NCBI GenBank assembly: GCA_963920595.1 | Contig: OY986948.1 | Coordinates: forward strand, 1,550,001 to 1,614,000 | DNA from: Eimeria praecox | Taxonomy: Eukaryota | Length of the DNA: 64,000 nucleotides | Direction of reading: 5' to 3' | Part shown: positions 41,879 to 54,800 of the stretch, one piece after another | Layout of the letters: the number at the start of each line of letters is the position of its first letter | How positions within the stretch are numbered: the stretch's first letter is position 1 | The notes under the pieces: generated by a model | Told to the model about the DNA's origin: nothing | The model's database searches: none | The model's input: only the letters and a program-made list of their open reading frames with translations | Translations under genes and position numbers: made by a program

Positions 41879-42278
41879 ATATCTAACAAGACTACAATCT
41901 CAATAATATTTTAATATTTTATTTAAATGTTCAGGCACATTAACCGACGCAGAGCGGGAAGAGCTGACGCGTGAGTTTTCTTCTTATGATAAGAACGACG
42001 ACAAGAAGATAGATGAAGCGGAGTTGAGATTAGTTATCGAAGATCCTCATGCTCATGATATGCAGCAAATGATGGAGAGTTTAATGAAAGAAATGGAGGA
42101 TGGTCACATTACAATGGACCAATGGTCCAAAAAATTTGAAACATTTGCTGTATCCATGTTAACAGATAATGGGGAGTTGCTGCGATTCCCAGAAGAATAT
42201 GAGGGAATTGATCTGCCGTTTAAGGGGATTAGTGTGGGGCCAGGGGAGGAGGATGAGGTACAGCATGATGAGCTATAA
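40173..42278 (+). CDS. ER-luminal multi-EF-hand calcium-binding protein (CREC/reticulocalbin-like, ERC-type)
   Basis: Exons 40173-40547, 40902-40944, 41082-41173, 41326-41386, 41935-42278. Signal peptide [22 protein letters not shown] loops [61 protein letters not shown]-terminal HDEL. Confidence 0.95.
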
Positions 42279-43199
42279 GAATATTGTTGATGCTCTTGTT
42301 GCTGCTGTTGCTGCTGCTGCTGTTGCATCGGTGTCAGTGCAGCAGCAGACAACAGGCGGAGGAGATACAGCAAACTATCACCATCGAATATTCAACGACG
42401 CTTCGAGGCGGGCGGCTGCAGCATACACTCTGTCGAGGCAGTCAGCTAACTAATTCGCTAGTTAGTTAGCTAGCTGGCTAGCTAGCTAGCTAGCTAGCTA
42501 GCCAGCCAATTGGTTGCGGGTTAGCTTGCTGGCTAGCTAGTACGCGGTAGCTCGGTAGCAGCCGGAAGGGAACCGCCTGCGCCAGATGCAAAGGCGATGT
42601 CCTGCAGTCAGGTAGCTAGTTGGCTAGCTAGCTAGCTAGCTAGCTAGCTGGTTAGTTTGGCTAGCTAGCTAGCTGGCTAGCTGAGGCTTGTTTTGAGAAC
42701 CCCAGCCCTTTTTCGCAGTCAGCTAGCTGCCGTTCTTTTGGCTAGCTGCTAGCTGTTGTCCTTTTGGCTAGCTGCTGCATCCGTAAACTTTGGCCTCTGG
42801 CTCTTCTTGCTTCAACAGGGTTGGGATAAAGTGAGGGGGGCTTAGTAGTATGGCTGCAGCAACAGCAGCAGCAGTAGCAGCAGCAGCAGTAGCAGCAACA
42901 GCAGTAGCAGCAGCAGCAGTAGCAGCAGCGGCAGTAGCAGCAGTAGTACACGAACACACATAACCGAGCCAGCGCGTGTTTGGGCGCTTGGAGGGCTTCC
43001 GCGTCAAGAGGGGGAAGGGTTTAGGGTTTAGGGTTTAGGGTTTGAGGTTTAGTGAGTAGACCCCGTTGATATACGATGGGCGCTGGCAGCCTCTTAGGTT
43101 TAGTGTGTTGGATAATACGCTATTATTTGAGGGCTTCTGTTAATTAGTTAGCGTCATAATTACTTATTATCTGAAATATCTAAACCCTAAACCCTAGCA

Positions 43200-45763
43200 C
43201 GCGAGCAACGAAGATTGTGGACGGCTCCCCCTCCCTCGGCGGTGTGTTCTTTTGAAGCTGAGGTGTATATACATGTAGCTGTACGTTGTCAGTCAGCACA
43301 GACAGCTTGTAGATGTTATAACACTTGATATAACAGAAGAAAACCCTTCGTTCTCGCCAAACGCCAGCACACATAAACAAAGAGACGCCCATGCTCAGGG
43401 ACTTCGATGCTGGCGCTGAGTGTGCGGGGGGGTTCGAGGCTCGGCTCCTCTTCTTCCCTGCGGGCTGCAGATTGTTAGAAATTGTAATATGGTGGGAGGT
43501 GTATCTTGTCTACTTATTTATTATGGAAGGTGTATCTTCTCTATTTATTTTATCATATTTTAATCCTTCTTTTAAAAGCCCTTTCTAGTGTCTGTGAGTG
43601 GCGTTCTATCGAAGACAGGCGAAGCGGGGTCTGTAGACCACCGGGCAGACCACTGGACAGGCCACGAGACGGAAGCTCAGAAAGAATGCACAGCGTTTTG
43701 GGGGTTGTCTTTGGGGGTCTGGCGGTGGTGTACGCTGTGAAGGTGGAGGCGATGGGTGCAGGGCCGAAAGAGGTAGACGTACTGGAGGTTTGGACGGCCC
43801 CTGCTACTGCTGATGCAGCAGCAGCAGCAGCAGCAGGTGCTGCTGCTGCTGCTGAAGGGTACAGGACGCGATCGATAACCCCCGAATTAGGTGGAGCGTT
43901 AGACGCAACCGTGCCTGGGCGCAGACGTGGGCGCAGGGCTGTGTTGTCGTTTAGGTGGGGCGCCTTCGCTTTAGCTGGAGTTGTTCTTCTACACGTTACC
44001 TCAGAGTGTTTCGCCAAAGTCCTTGCTGCACGTTCACGACAAGAGAAGGGGGGAGATTCGTCTTTAAAGGAGGATGAATCCTGCTCAGTGAGCCTTACTC
44101 TACTCACACCGAACAGGTGTGTGGGCGTGTGTACGTGTGCGGGTGTGTGTGTGTTTGTGTGTATGGGTGTGTGTGTGAGGGGCGGCGCGGGGGGGGGGGG
44201 GGGGGGGGTAGGGCGGGGTGTACACACACTTACAAAGCCGGCCCATCTGTGTCTATACGTATCCCCTTTGTCTTCTTTCAAGTGAGTAGTAGTTGCTTTT
44301 ATCTGCTATCCTATCTGCGCAGCTGTGTGTGTTGCGCGTTGGCCCTAACGTCCTCTTGACAGCATAGGAGACGCCCCACAGCTAGCTGAATAGGGAGAGC
44401 AGCTCAGTGTTTGGAAGGGAAGGGTTGAGAGCATCCATACTTGAAGAAGAGGCTGACACAGCAAGGCCTTTCATGAGTGTCTTGTCCTCTGTTACGGGGT
44501 GGATTTGAGCGAACTCCCGCTTAAATATTCTCTGTCAAAGCCCCCTCAGACGGAGGGAATTGAAGCGAGAATTGTTGTAGGGGATCGTTGAGATCGGCTT
44601 CGTGGGATATGCTGGTCTGGGGAGTGTGTTGAGGTTAAGTGACGGGGAGGGCAAAGGGTGGTGGTTGTCTTGCATGCGCTGGGCTTCTGTATGGGCATTG
44701 TGTGGCTGGCAGCAGCCTTTGGGGGGTTGAACGGCTCGATAACGCTGCAGATTGTTGCTGGAGGGTATTGCAGATACGCCTGGCTACTCCTGCTGCAGGA
44801 AGTGAGCTATGCCTCTCAGACGGAGGAGGAAGCTCGAGCTTGTTGTCATGAAGCTGCTGTCTTATGAAATTGTATATATTTATATATATAAATAGATTCA
44901 GTAGTGGGCTTCGTGGGTGTGTTCGGAGGCGCGGGCTTTCAGTAGATTCAAAGTACATAGTAGCCCCAAGCGTCGGATCCATCCAGTCTGCTTGTGTCTG
45001 TTTGCTGTTGGCCGTGACGGCCTCCTTACACCATAGGAGACACCCCACAGTTAGTTGAGTAGCACATTTTTTTCTGTTTTCAGCTGGCACTTATGTTTGA
45101 AGGTGTTTGCCTGCGAAGCATCAGTATCAGAAACAGAAACATTTTGACGGGCATCTGCTGTTTATATGGTCTATGGCTCAACTCCTGTCCCCCCACCTCT
45201 TCTTCCCACTATCTATACTGTGTTTCTGGAGTTTGGTGACAGCGGATAGACTGGCTAGAGAAGGAGTATGACGGGGTGTGTAGGGTGAGACTTTGTGCGG
45301 CCCCTCTACACTTCTCATCAACTCTTTGAAGGGATGATTCGGTGATGACGGCAGTTGATATGGATGGCCTCCATGCATTTGTAGGGGCGGCTGAGTGGCT
45401 GGAGGGTCGATTAGGGTGTATGCCTCTGCTGTTTAGTTAGTTATTAGTTGAATGGTGTTGGAAGGCATGAAGATGGGGAGTCTGCAGGGCGTCTGAGTGC
45501 GTGGTACTGTACACCTTCGCAGGCGCTTTATAGACGCAGCCAGTGAGGGGAGATGAAGCAGCTGTAAGCTACAGGAGGGGAGCATTCGTGAATATGAGTA
45601 CTGTTCAGAGAATGTGTTTGGGTATGTTCAGGGGAGCTGTGTACGTGGTGCTGATTGCAGCCAGAGTGCATGCAAAGAACTAACTGGCGGCGTAGGTTTA
45701 GAATATCTAGCAAGTACCCGTAATAGATCTGCTGAGTATGGATTGATTTGGGTGGGGCCATCC

Positions 45764-45805
<42 letters not shown>

Positions 45806-48800
45806 AGTAAGAGCCATTGGTCTAGGGTGCAGTCCTTCAGGCGCTTGGACGTCGAGAGACACGCTGTTCAATAAGGCGAATATGCATAGCCAGTGAGGGA
45901 CATGCTGGGATGATGGTAGATGAATGGGAGAGTCGCTCTAACGTTTTCAGTGTGAACTTGACAGGTTCGGGGGCCATCGGTTTGCCGGAAGTGTGTTTGA
46001 GTGGTAGTGCAGCATGGAGAATGGGCTTTGGAGGTTCCTGGAAAGTATGTGCATGCAGGGACCCACACAGGCGTCAATTAACCCTTGTTTGAATGCTTGG
46101 GAGCGGCGACTTGCGGCGTTCTAGGTAAACCCAGAAAGCGCAGCACTTGGATAGTGTTCACTGATGATACAGGCATGTGAAGCATGCAGACTGACCTGCT
46201 CAGATATCTATTTGGACCCGCTGTGCCAGTTTGGTGATTAGAGGCTATCACTCTAATCCAGGAGCAGCGGAATTATCAAGACACCCAGCGATCTGGGAGG
46301 ACAGAGATATTGGTGGTGGCGAGTTGGGTTTGTTTCCTTTGAGGCTGTCGATCAACTTGATATAGACATATATAACTGCCGATGCAGTATGCCTGGCCGT
46401 GTCTCAGGATGTAAGGAAGGTTCATAGGATCTGAAGCTCACAACGTTTTGCTAGGATCAATATCAACCCCCACTGAACTCACCATGAATGCGGCTAGTTG
46501 CCAGGACTGCTGTTAACGTGGGATGCATCTCCTTTATCTCTTTGGGGGGGGGAAGGGGGGGGGGGGGGGGGGGGGGTGGCTTCTAGTCGTAGATGGGTAC
46601 AGCAAAGCAAATGCGTTTTCTTTGAAGCTGAACACTATCCATTCCTGAGAGATGTGGTAACAAATGTGGTGAGATTTCCCCTGCACAGCCGGTGAGCCAG
46701 CTTCTGCTGGTTGACACTTCTTTCGGTTGATGTACTTGCAAGTAGTAGCATGGGCTCCAGCGTGATAACCCTGCAAGGGCTATGAATTGTGCTATGACGA
46801 TTGCGTGGCTTTATCTACGTCTTCTCGATTTCGCATACTTGCTACGACGTATTCCGTGCAGCCGGTTTGGGAAGGGGGGGGGGGTGGGGGGGTCTTTCCT
46901 GTGTGTGTGTGTGTAAGGGCTTGGGTTGGTTTGGTGGTGTTCTGCCGGGATTTGGCGCTGAAGTACGTCTCTGCCGATCCACTGAAGTAGACACAAATTA
47001 CGAGCGTGCATGCATGGACAGTGAAGGTGACAATGCGTGGCGGAAGCCAGTGACTGTGACGTGGTTTATGTTATTTTTTGCATGCATCCCTGGCTACTGT
47101 ACCTGGGCTTGGGGCTGCCGAGTACAACAGATTTGGCTTCCCGGAGCCACTGTGTCGGGGACCGGCACTAGTTGGCAGTTAAGAACTTCTGGAGAGTGTC
47201 TCTGGCGGCAGTTTGGGTGCGCCGAGAAGGCCGCCGTTTTTGCAGATTCACACAAGCAGTGGAGCAAATGTCCATCTGTAAGTTTGTGATTAACGATTTG
47301 GCGGCTTGATGGTGATTTGGTCCAGCCAGTGAGACTTGGGCTCGTGGAAGTGCGTGAGAAACGTGCTTGATACGGGTGTCTGGGGTACCTTGATGCTCGT
47401 CATGGGGCAGTCGACCATGTATCTGCCCCCGTATGTATCTAGGCGGTCTGTCCTAATTGAGGGATTGTAACTTGTAGAGAAGACTGAAGTTGTAATGGCT
47501 GCTTCCAGCTAACCTGGAGTGGAGCATGCTTTGCTGTGTGCCTTTGGGAGCGTGTCTTCAGGGTGTAAGCTTGGCCATTGGCTAGTGACGATTTCCCCTT
47601 GATGTTTACTGTTTGAATCAACCAGCGCGTTTTACTGTTGTTAGGGGACATTAAGCATTCTTGAAATCCTCTTCTTATTGTCGGCATGGGGCGGATTTGA
47701 CACGAGGGTGCAGCAAGGTGTTGGCTGTGCTGAGCATGCTGAGATACTCTGTTTGGATTATCATGTGGACAGGTATGTTTTATATGTTTTTATGCTTCTC
47801 ATGCTTGCCACTTGCTTGGAAAGGACGGTTGGAGGACTATCTTAACAGGGCTAGAGCCCGCCGCTTGCTGTTTCTGCAACCTTCGTTGACCCTTAAAGGT
47901 TAAGCGCTGCAGGGCCTTTTCATTGTGACTTAGATGCACTCACACAGTTTATGTTGTGCTCGGACTTTCTTTACAATTTGTAAGCGACCATATACTCTAG
48001 AAATAGACTGGGCTCGCCAGTGCGGAAAGCCCTGTTTCGAGACTGAATACATCATTGCTGTTAGCTAACACTGTGTCGACCTGCAGTGCTTGGAGGAATT
48101 TCATAGAGCCCATACTAGCGAAAGCAGGCCGGCGACCCTGGCCGGTGGTGACGCATAACCTGAATGGGACAACATGAAAGTAGCACGGTTAAATAGGCAG
48201 GCAGCTGCTGCAGGTGTATGCTTCTCGTCGGTTTAGAATACAATAGAAGGGCTAAGCTGCATGCTTCTGACTCCACGTTAGAGGGCATATCTGTAGTCGG
48301 AATTGCAGCGCATTGGTGTATTAATGGCAGCATGAGTAGGAGCTTTCGGGGACCATTTAAATAGGAAGGATGCCTGAATTTGGTGGCCGCCTGAGAGCGG
48401 GCTCAAAACCCAGCTTGCAGAATGGACGATGTGGGGGCTCCATTCGTTACAGATCATAAGGATCAGGGTTGGACATTGCACCTTCCTTGCTGGGTTTGTT
48501 CTTATACTGAAGAGCCACCTGTTGGGGCAAGTGCGCCCTGCTCCTTGCTTCTGGTGGGGACTTATTAGGTGGGACTTCGTCATTAGGGCTCGGCTAGATG
48601 GCGGCGTTTAGTGTCAGGTGGAAGCTGTGGGGAGCATGCGTCTTGATGGCGCTATGAGTCATTCATCTTCACTGTTTACGTCTTGGTTAATGCAGCCAGT
48701 GAGTGTGCGAGATACGTGGTACGGTCGGCTGAGCTTTGCTGCTTGATATTCCTTTGAAACTTGAGCTTGTTCGTGCAGGATACACGTTTTCACGTTGTTG

Positions 48801-51800
48801 GCTCCGAAAACATTCAAGATTTGGTATTCTGAGAGTACCGTAGTAGCTGGTGGAGCGCCTTGCTGGGCAGGAGCGTGATGGGTTGATCCCTTCTGAAGGA
48901 CGAATGCAAGTACTTCGTTGCAAGCCTTGGAGGCATAGCAGATGCGAAGGGCGAGTACGGCTGATTATCAAAAGCGGTGTGCTTTTCCTTCTGAGTCTTG
49001 CACGTGATAGAGTATATTTTGTGGGAAAGGGCGGGCAATAATACAACATGAATATACAGCCGGTGCGCTTTCTTAGAATAGGAAGGGTAGCTGATGGTTA
49101 AGCCTGTGGGTACTTGGCTGAGGATAACAGGCTTGTTGATGCGTTCAAGGAGGCTAGCGCGTGGCGCTTTCCTGGACATGGCAGTGTGAGCGGCCGTGCT
49201 AACTGGTGACTGCAGAGAGTGTAATATGGAGATAGAATGACCGAGCGGTTTGCCCACAACTGCAAGAAGTGCATATGATGAAGCTGAAGTTCTTTCTTGT
49301 GTGTTTACAGCGTGAAGGGCAGGGGTTTGGTTATGATATCTGTAGCATGAGGAACGGGGAGGAGTCGCACAGCAGGCCCATCGGTGTTGTCTAGTTCGAG
49401 GCCTAGCCTCCTGTGCTTGCACTGAAAATGGTGCGAGGCATCCGGTGAGGCATGACAACAAATGTTGGGTTTGAGATGCGAGCAGCGTTTGGGCCTGCGT
49501 TTGCCCTTAGGCTGTGTTAGTGGAACTTCTTTGGAACTGCAGCACATTCTTATTGATTGCTCTTCGCGCTTTCTGCGTGTTTATGGGTAGGCACACTTAT
49601 CCAGGGGCTGTCTGAATCAGAGAACTCAGTGGGCGTCACTTATGGTGGCAAGAGGCTACTGAACATTTGTAGTTTAACCTCGGGAAACGTGAGGTGCAGA
49701 AGCTCACGCCCACATATTTGCACAGGAGCTGCCTGAGTCCGAGCAGCCGGTGAGAGCCGCTGCGGCCAGTGCACGAAGCTTGAGGCCCTCTCACCTTCAA
49801 CAGGGAGGAAATCATAGCCGTAGCCATGACGCATCCGTTGATCTATGATGATTACACAGCAGCATCACTTGTTCTGCAGCTGAGCGGACACATGAATGCT
49901 GGTTACTACTAGGTTGTGAAGGGAATGAGAAGCTTATCCTCCATGTTTTCAAGCAAGGCTTTCGCAGACAGGAGGGGGGACAAGCCAGTGCATACGAGGA
50001 ATAGAGTGCACCCTGGAAAGATATGTGCGCGGGTTACTGCTGTGTTGTGGATGAGCACTGAGGGGAAATCGGGGTGTTGGGACTTTCCCCAGACCACTGG
50101 TCCTCCGAAGGCGCCACCATTGGCGGCTTCCGTAGCGCAGCTTCAAAGTTAAGGGTTGATATCCCTACGTTCTCTACCCAAGCACTCTGTGGGTTTTATG
50201 AATAGCCAATCTGCTGGTCGCTTCGATTTTCAGCAGAATTTGATATGTGAAGAGGATTCCAGGAGCCCAATGGTTTTGCAAGGCCTTTCCTGCCTGGCGT
50301 AAATTGCAAGTGGTGTAAAGCTGTTTCTTGTGAGGAAGTCATTGGAAGGGTCTTAAGGTTGGTTGGTGTCATGTTGTGCTAAGTGCGCTGTTACGGGATA
50401 TTGACTGCAGCGGTTGAGTGTCCATAGGAGCCATCTTGCATTAAAACGAGCTGGATACACAACGGCACGCTGCCAGTAGACGTAGTATGTTTGCTGAATG
50501 TAGAATTGGGGCACAGATCTTAGAAGTAGCGCGTTAGCAGAGTGGACCCATTCTTCGCAGGCATCAGAAGTATTTTATGAGGGGTCTTGCTTACGTTGCT
50601 CTTGAGGAGGCGTGGAAATACTGAATCGCGTTGGAGTCTTGAGCCTTCTGCTTCCTAGGAGCTTTACAGGAATACCATGCAAAGAGAATGTTTGCGCAAA
50701 CGAATACTTAGAGACGAGGGTGAGGCCAACGGCAGGCTGGGCAGTTGGTAATATGTGCGGCACTGCGGATGCGATATTTTTCGCTGCAACGGTGGCGGGG
50801 AAACACGCTGTTATCTTCATGGTTGCCAGGATTCCGTTAGGTGCGGACGATAGCACATTTGGCTAGCATATCTTCGCGCATTGCTTAGTAAGGTGCACTA
50901 GCAAGGCCTGCAGCCTGTCAAACAGTTTACGAAGTGATTCGTGTTGAGCCTACTCAACGAGATGTGGCGACCCGGTCGGGTTGCTGAGCGACAGCATTGG
51001 CCATATTCTACTTTGATGTTCAGTGCGCCACTTTTGTTTGGAGTGGAGGTGTTGTGCTCGGCAAACGCGCAGGTCTTACGCCTCTTATGCTTGTGTTCTG
51101 GTGCCTTCGTGAGGGTCAGTGTATAAGTGGTTCAGGTGTAGACTTACTAGAAGCTGTGTGTGCGTAACAGTTGCGAGGGCGCGTATCCTATGCCGATCAG
51201 AGGTCGGTGGCTGTTCACCATGGTCGCCGACGTGCATCTTTGACGAGTTCCTTTTAGATTGCTGGTTGATGCTGGTGACTGGCGGGGAACAGCGGCAAGC
51301 TGGGCAGGTGGTAGCATGCGTGACACTGCAAACCTGTGTTCTTGTCTACAAATCACGCAGCCATGTTTATACTTTTCTTTTTCCCTTGGGAAGAGTACGA
51401 GGTTTCGTCTGGCCGCCATCACCTCGCGGAACGTGCTACAGGGTGCAGCACGAAACGTGCAGCTTGCGAAAGCGTGGGCGGTGTGCATCGAGTGGAATTC
51501 CTTCATAGAGTCGAGGCTGACGTATGGTGGTGCTGATCTTAACGCCTGGGAGCAGTGACGTTGACCGCACTGCTGGGCAACTGTGTTCACCATACTGCTT
51601 ACACTTTGCTGGATATTGTGACGCTTTGCTTGGAATAGGGGTGCGAGTGCGGCAGCACATACCATATCCGGAGCTGTCTGTCCTTGTAGACTGCTGCCAT
51701 TATGGCCATGTGGCCGCTCAGAGAGTGAGCGTTATACTGCATGCGCGTGAGGCAGTTCTCTTTCATTTAGGCAAACACATGTCGATGATTTTGCCCCCTG

Positions 51801-54800
51801 GATAAGAGGGATGGAAATGATACGACTGGCTGCACAAGTTGGGCCCTCTGTTAACTCGCTTACTGTGGCTTTGAGCTAGAATGCCGTGAGTTAAGAGCTT
51901 TTGCCTGCACGCATGGCCAAAGACTATGGTGAGGGCTCTCACGCAAAGAGACCTGTGCTGGACAGGCAGTGCAACTGATACTGCCTCTCATCCGAAGCAT
52001 AAGAGGACGACTTGATGGTAGGTTTTGGGTGTTGACACAACTGTCAGCTGGCTCCGTTTGTGTAGGTGTGACGCGGAAGGTCCATTGCATTGCATGGAAA
52101 CTTAAGAGTCTTCTCTGTGTGGCTCGAAGAAGCCCACGATGCTCGTATGGAGCAGCCAGCAATTGCGCAGTACATGGCGGAGCAGTGGGTAGCGAAGGTG
52201 CTGGGGTTTTTAGTGTGGTTAGGTCCCAACAGTTCATACTTGCAAGCAAGCCCGTGGATTTGCACAGGTAGGATGAGTGGGGTTAAGCCAACGGCAGGCA
52301 AACGACCACCTTTTATTGGTCAGAGCTAGGGAAATTGAAGCACCTGTTTTTATTTGCTAATCGCGCCGATTTCCTATGGCTCAAACCGCAAGTGCAGGCA
52401 CGCGCCGCTTGGGGTTTTGTGTTGGGTTTATTATGAAGTTGTAGTGGAACAAGCACTTTATGGGTGTGCCACAGATTCGACTGCATGAGATTGGGTGGTG
52501 GTATTTGCTTGTGGAGAGGGCACCGACTTATTAGCTGCTTTGCTTAGGCCGTTTCACGGGCCGAGCAAAGCAGCTGATGAGTCTGTGCATGGTGCATGAC
52601 AGCATGCACCTGGGTTGCGTTGTGTGTATTGTTGATGCTGCTGAGAACAGAGACTATAGCCTATTTGGAGAGGGGGGATGACGCTGGCGGGAGGTGCGAA
52701 TAGCGATGGATCAGCAGGATCGCTTGCATGCAGTTAGTGAGCAACCACTGTTGAAGTGTCCGTCAACAATACGCTGACGGGATCTTCTGACGCCACAGAA
52801 GCAGTATGCAGGGCCATATTCGCCTCTGCGGCTAAAGCAGGCAGCCCGCTGGTCTTCTGAGCGCTGGAGTACTGTTTATGTGCCTGGTACGAGGAAGCAG
52901 CATCGAGATTTTGCTTGCTGGTAGCTTCAGAAAATGCCAAGAGCAGACTGAGAACAAATTTCTTCTTATGGAACACATGGCAGTAAAAGGCTTGCGAATG
53001 CGTGCAGCCAATTATTATGAGGAAGGAAACCGATCAAGAGGATACGCACCGTCTCCATGAATGGCATGTGCTGAGCTTTAGAATTGTGTAAGTCGCCGCT
53101 TGTGCTGAAGGGCAGATTGTTTTGCCCAACGCAATGAGCTACCTGCTGGCCACCGTACTCTGAAAGCCCCCATGTCGCGCACCGAGTGCGAAGACCGAGC
53201 TTGGGACCTCACATAAACAGAGGGCCCCATGGATCGACACCGAATAATTTGCAGGTGGGCGCTCTGTTGCTGAGCTATTCTCAGCCAGTCATTGGTTAGA
53301 ACTGCCTATAAGAAAGACCTTTATTGGCATTCAATCACGCAGGACGGAGAGCAACACAGTACTGCGGTTGCGGCAGGAGTCAAGCAGCTGCCAGTGCTTA
53401 TGTGGCTCAATGTGCAAGGTTGGCTGGCCGCTGCTCTGAGCAATCACAACCTTTAGCCAGCGTTTGAGCTAGAGAAGCGGTCCTAACGTTGTTGAATTAC
53501 TTGAAGTGCAGTGTGGTTTTAGGGGAGAAGGAATTGCCTACGGCTTGCTTACAAGCTCAGCGGACGAGGTACACCCATACCGAGTATGATGCGAAATCAT
53601 GTCAGTGTTCTGTATCGTGGAGACCGGTTCAACAGCCTCGCCTGTGCCCCGTCTGCTTGCATGGCTTCTAACAGTTAATAATGTTTTCCAGTTAGGCAAT
53701 TCTGTTGTGCAACAACGCATGCTGATTCCAACTTGGTATTTGCCAGACCGCTCGGGCTGAATGCGCCGCTTGGAATTTCAATGCTTGAAGGGGGTAGCCT
53801 TGGTTTTTGGTTCATTTGAGCATAGTCTGTGAGGGAGAATGCAAACGAGTGGAGCCGGTTTTGTTGGGTCTTTGGTAGGAGTGGGGACCAGCGGTTTTTG
53901 AGCTATCCCCTGAAAGTGACATAGCTGAGGCAGATGGTTCTGCTGAAGTTGCCAGGTGATGCAGTTATATCCGGGACTTACTTCACTGCGGCTAATATCC
54001 AGGATCAAATTTAGTTGTAGATAGGCCTGATAAACTGGAATGCAGAACAGTTCAGAACTGTTATCGCGTCCTTAGAGCTTAGAGAATGCGGACACGCTAC
54101 GGCATAAAGAGTGGAGCGCATGCTTTGATATTACCTATGCAGGGAGTGAGGACTTTGATGCGTGTGGAACCGTTCTTGTGTTGCATTCTTACGTTGCTGT
54201 GCAGTTGGAGAAGTAGGGCTTTACGAGAAGTAGCGCTAGGGCTGTTGATGGCGAGTTGTGATCTTCGGCAAGTTATGGACATAGCGGAATCGCCGGGATG
54301 GCGCGTAAAACCGTGCCGTTTCCTCCATGATGTTCGTCTGCTGTTAGAGCGTGCGGCTGAAGTATTCATGGCGATGTGGAGGTTCAGACGTGCGGCTCGT
54401 TGTTTGAGTTGACGGCGAAGTAGCATATAAGAGCAGCCTGCACCAGCTAGCTTGAAGTAGAGGAAGTATGCCTAGCGGATGCTGTACAGGCAGTGCGGCT
54501 CCGCAATGAGCTGTCTGTAGGAGTGTGCAGATGCGTGCTTGTGATGTCATTTCGGTCCCGTTTGTGTGTGCAGGTCATGCGTTTTCTTGATTACTTGCAT
54601 CTGACTCGAACACAGTGTTAGTTTACAATGACGGGCCAGTCGCAGCCAGTGAGGGAGCGGCACCAAGAGATGACGGATGGTAGACTAGATTTCCGCTGGT
54701 AAATGAGTAACGCGTGGGGTCAGCTGCACAGTAGGGAGCTTCAGCCTCCGGTAGGCTGGCATGGACGAAACGAGCTTGGTTACAGTGTTATTCCGAGGAT

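Noticed and set aside
43506..44285. Overlapping 259-aa and 242-aa ORFs at the segment boundary
   Set aside because: No recognisable domain or supporting exons; the minus frame might be a real exon but I cannot support it.
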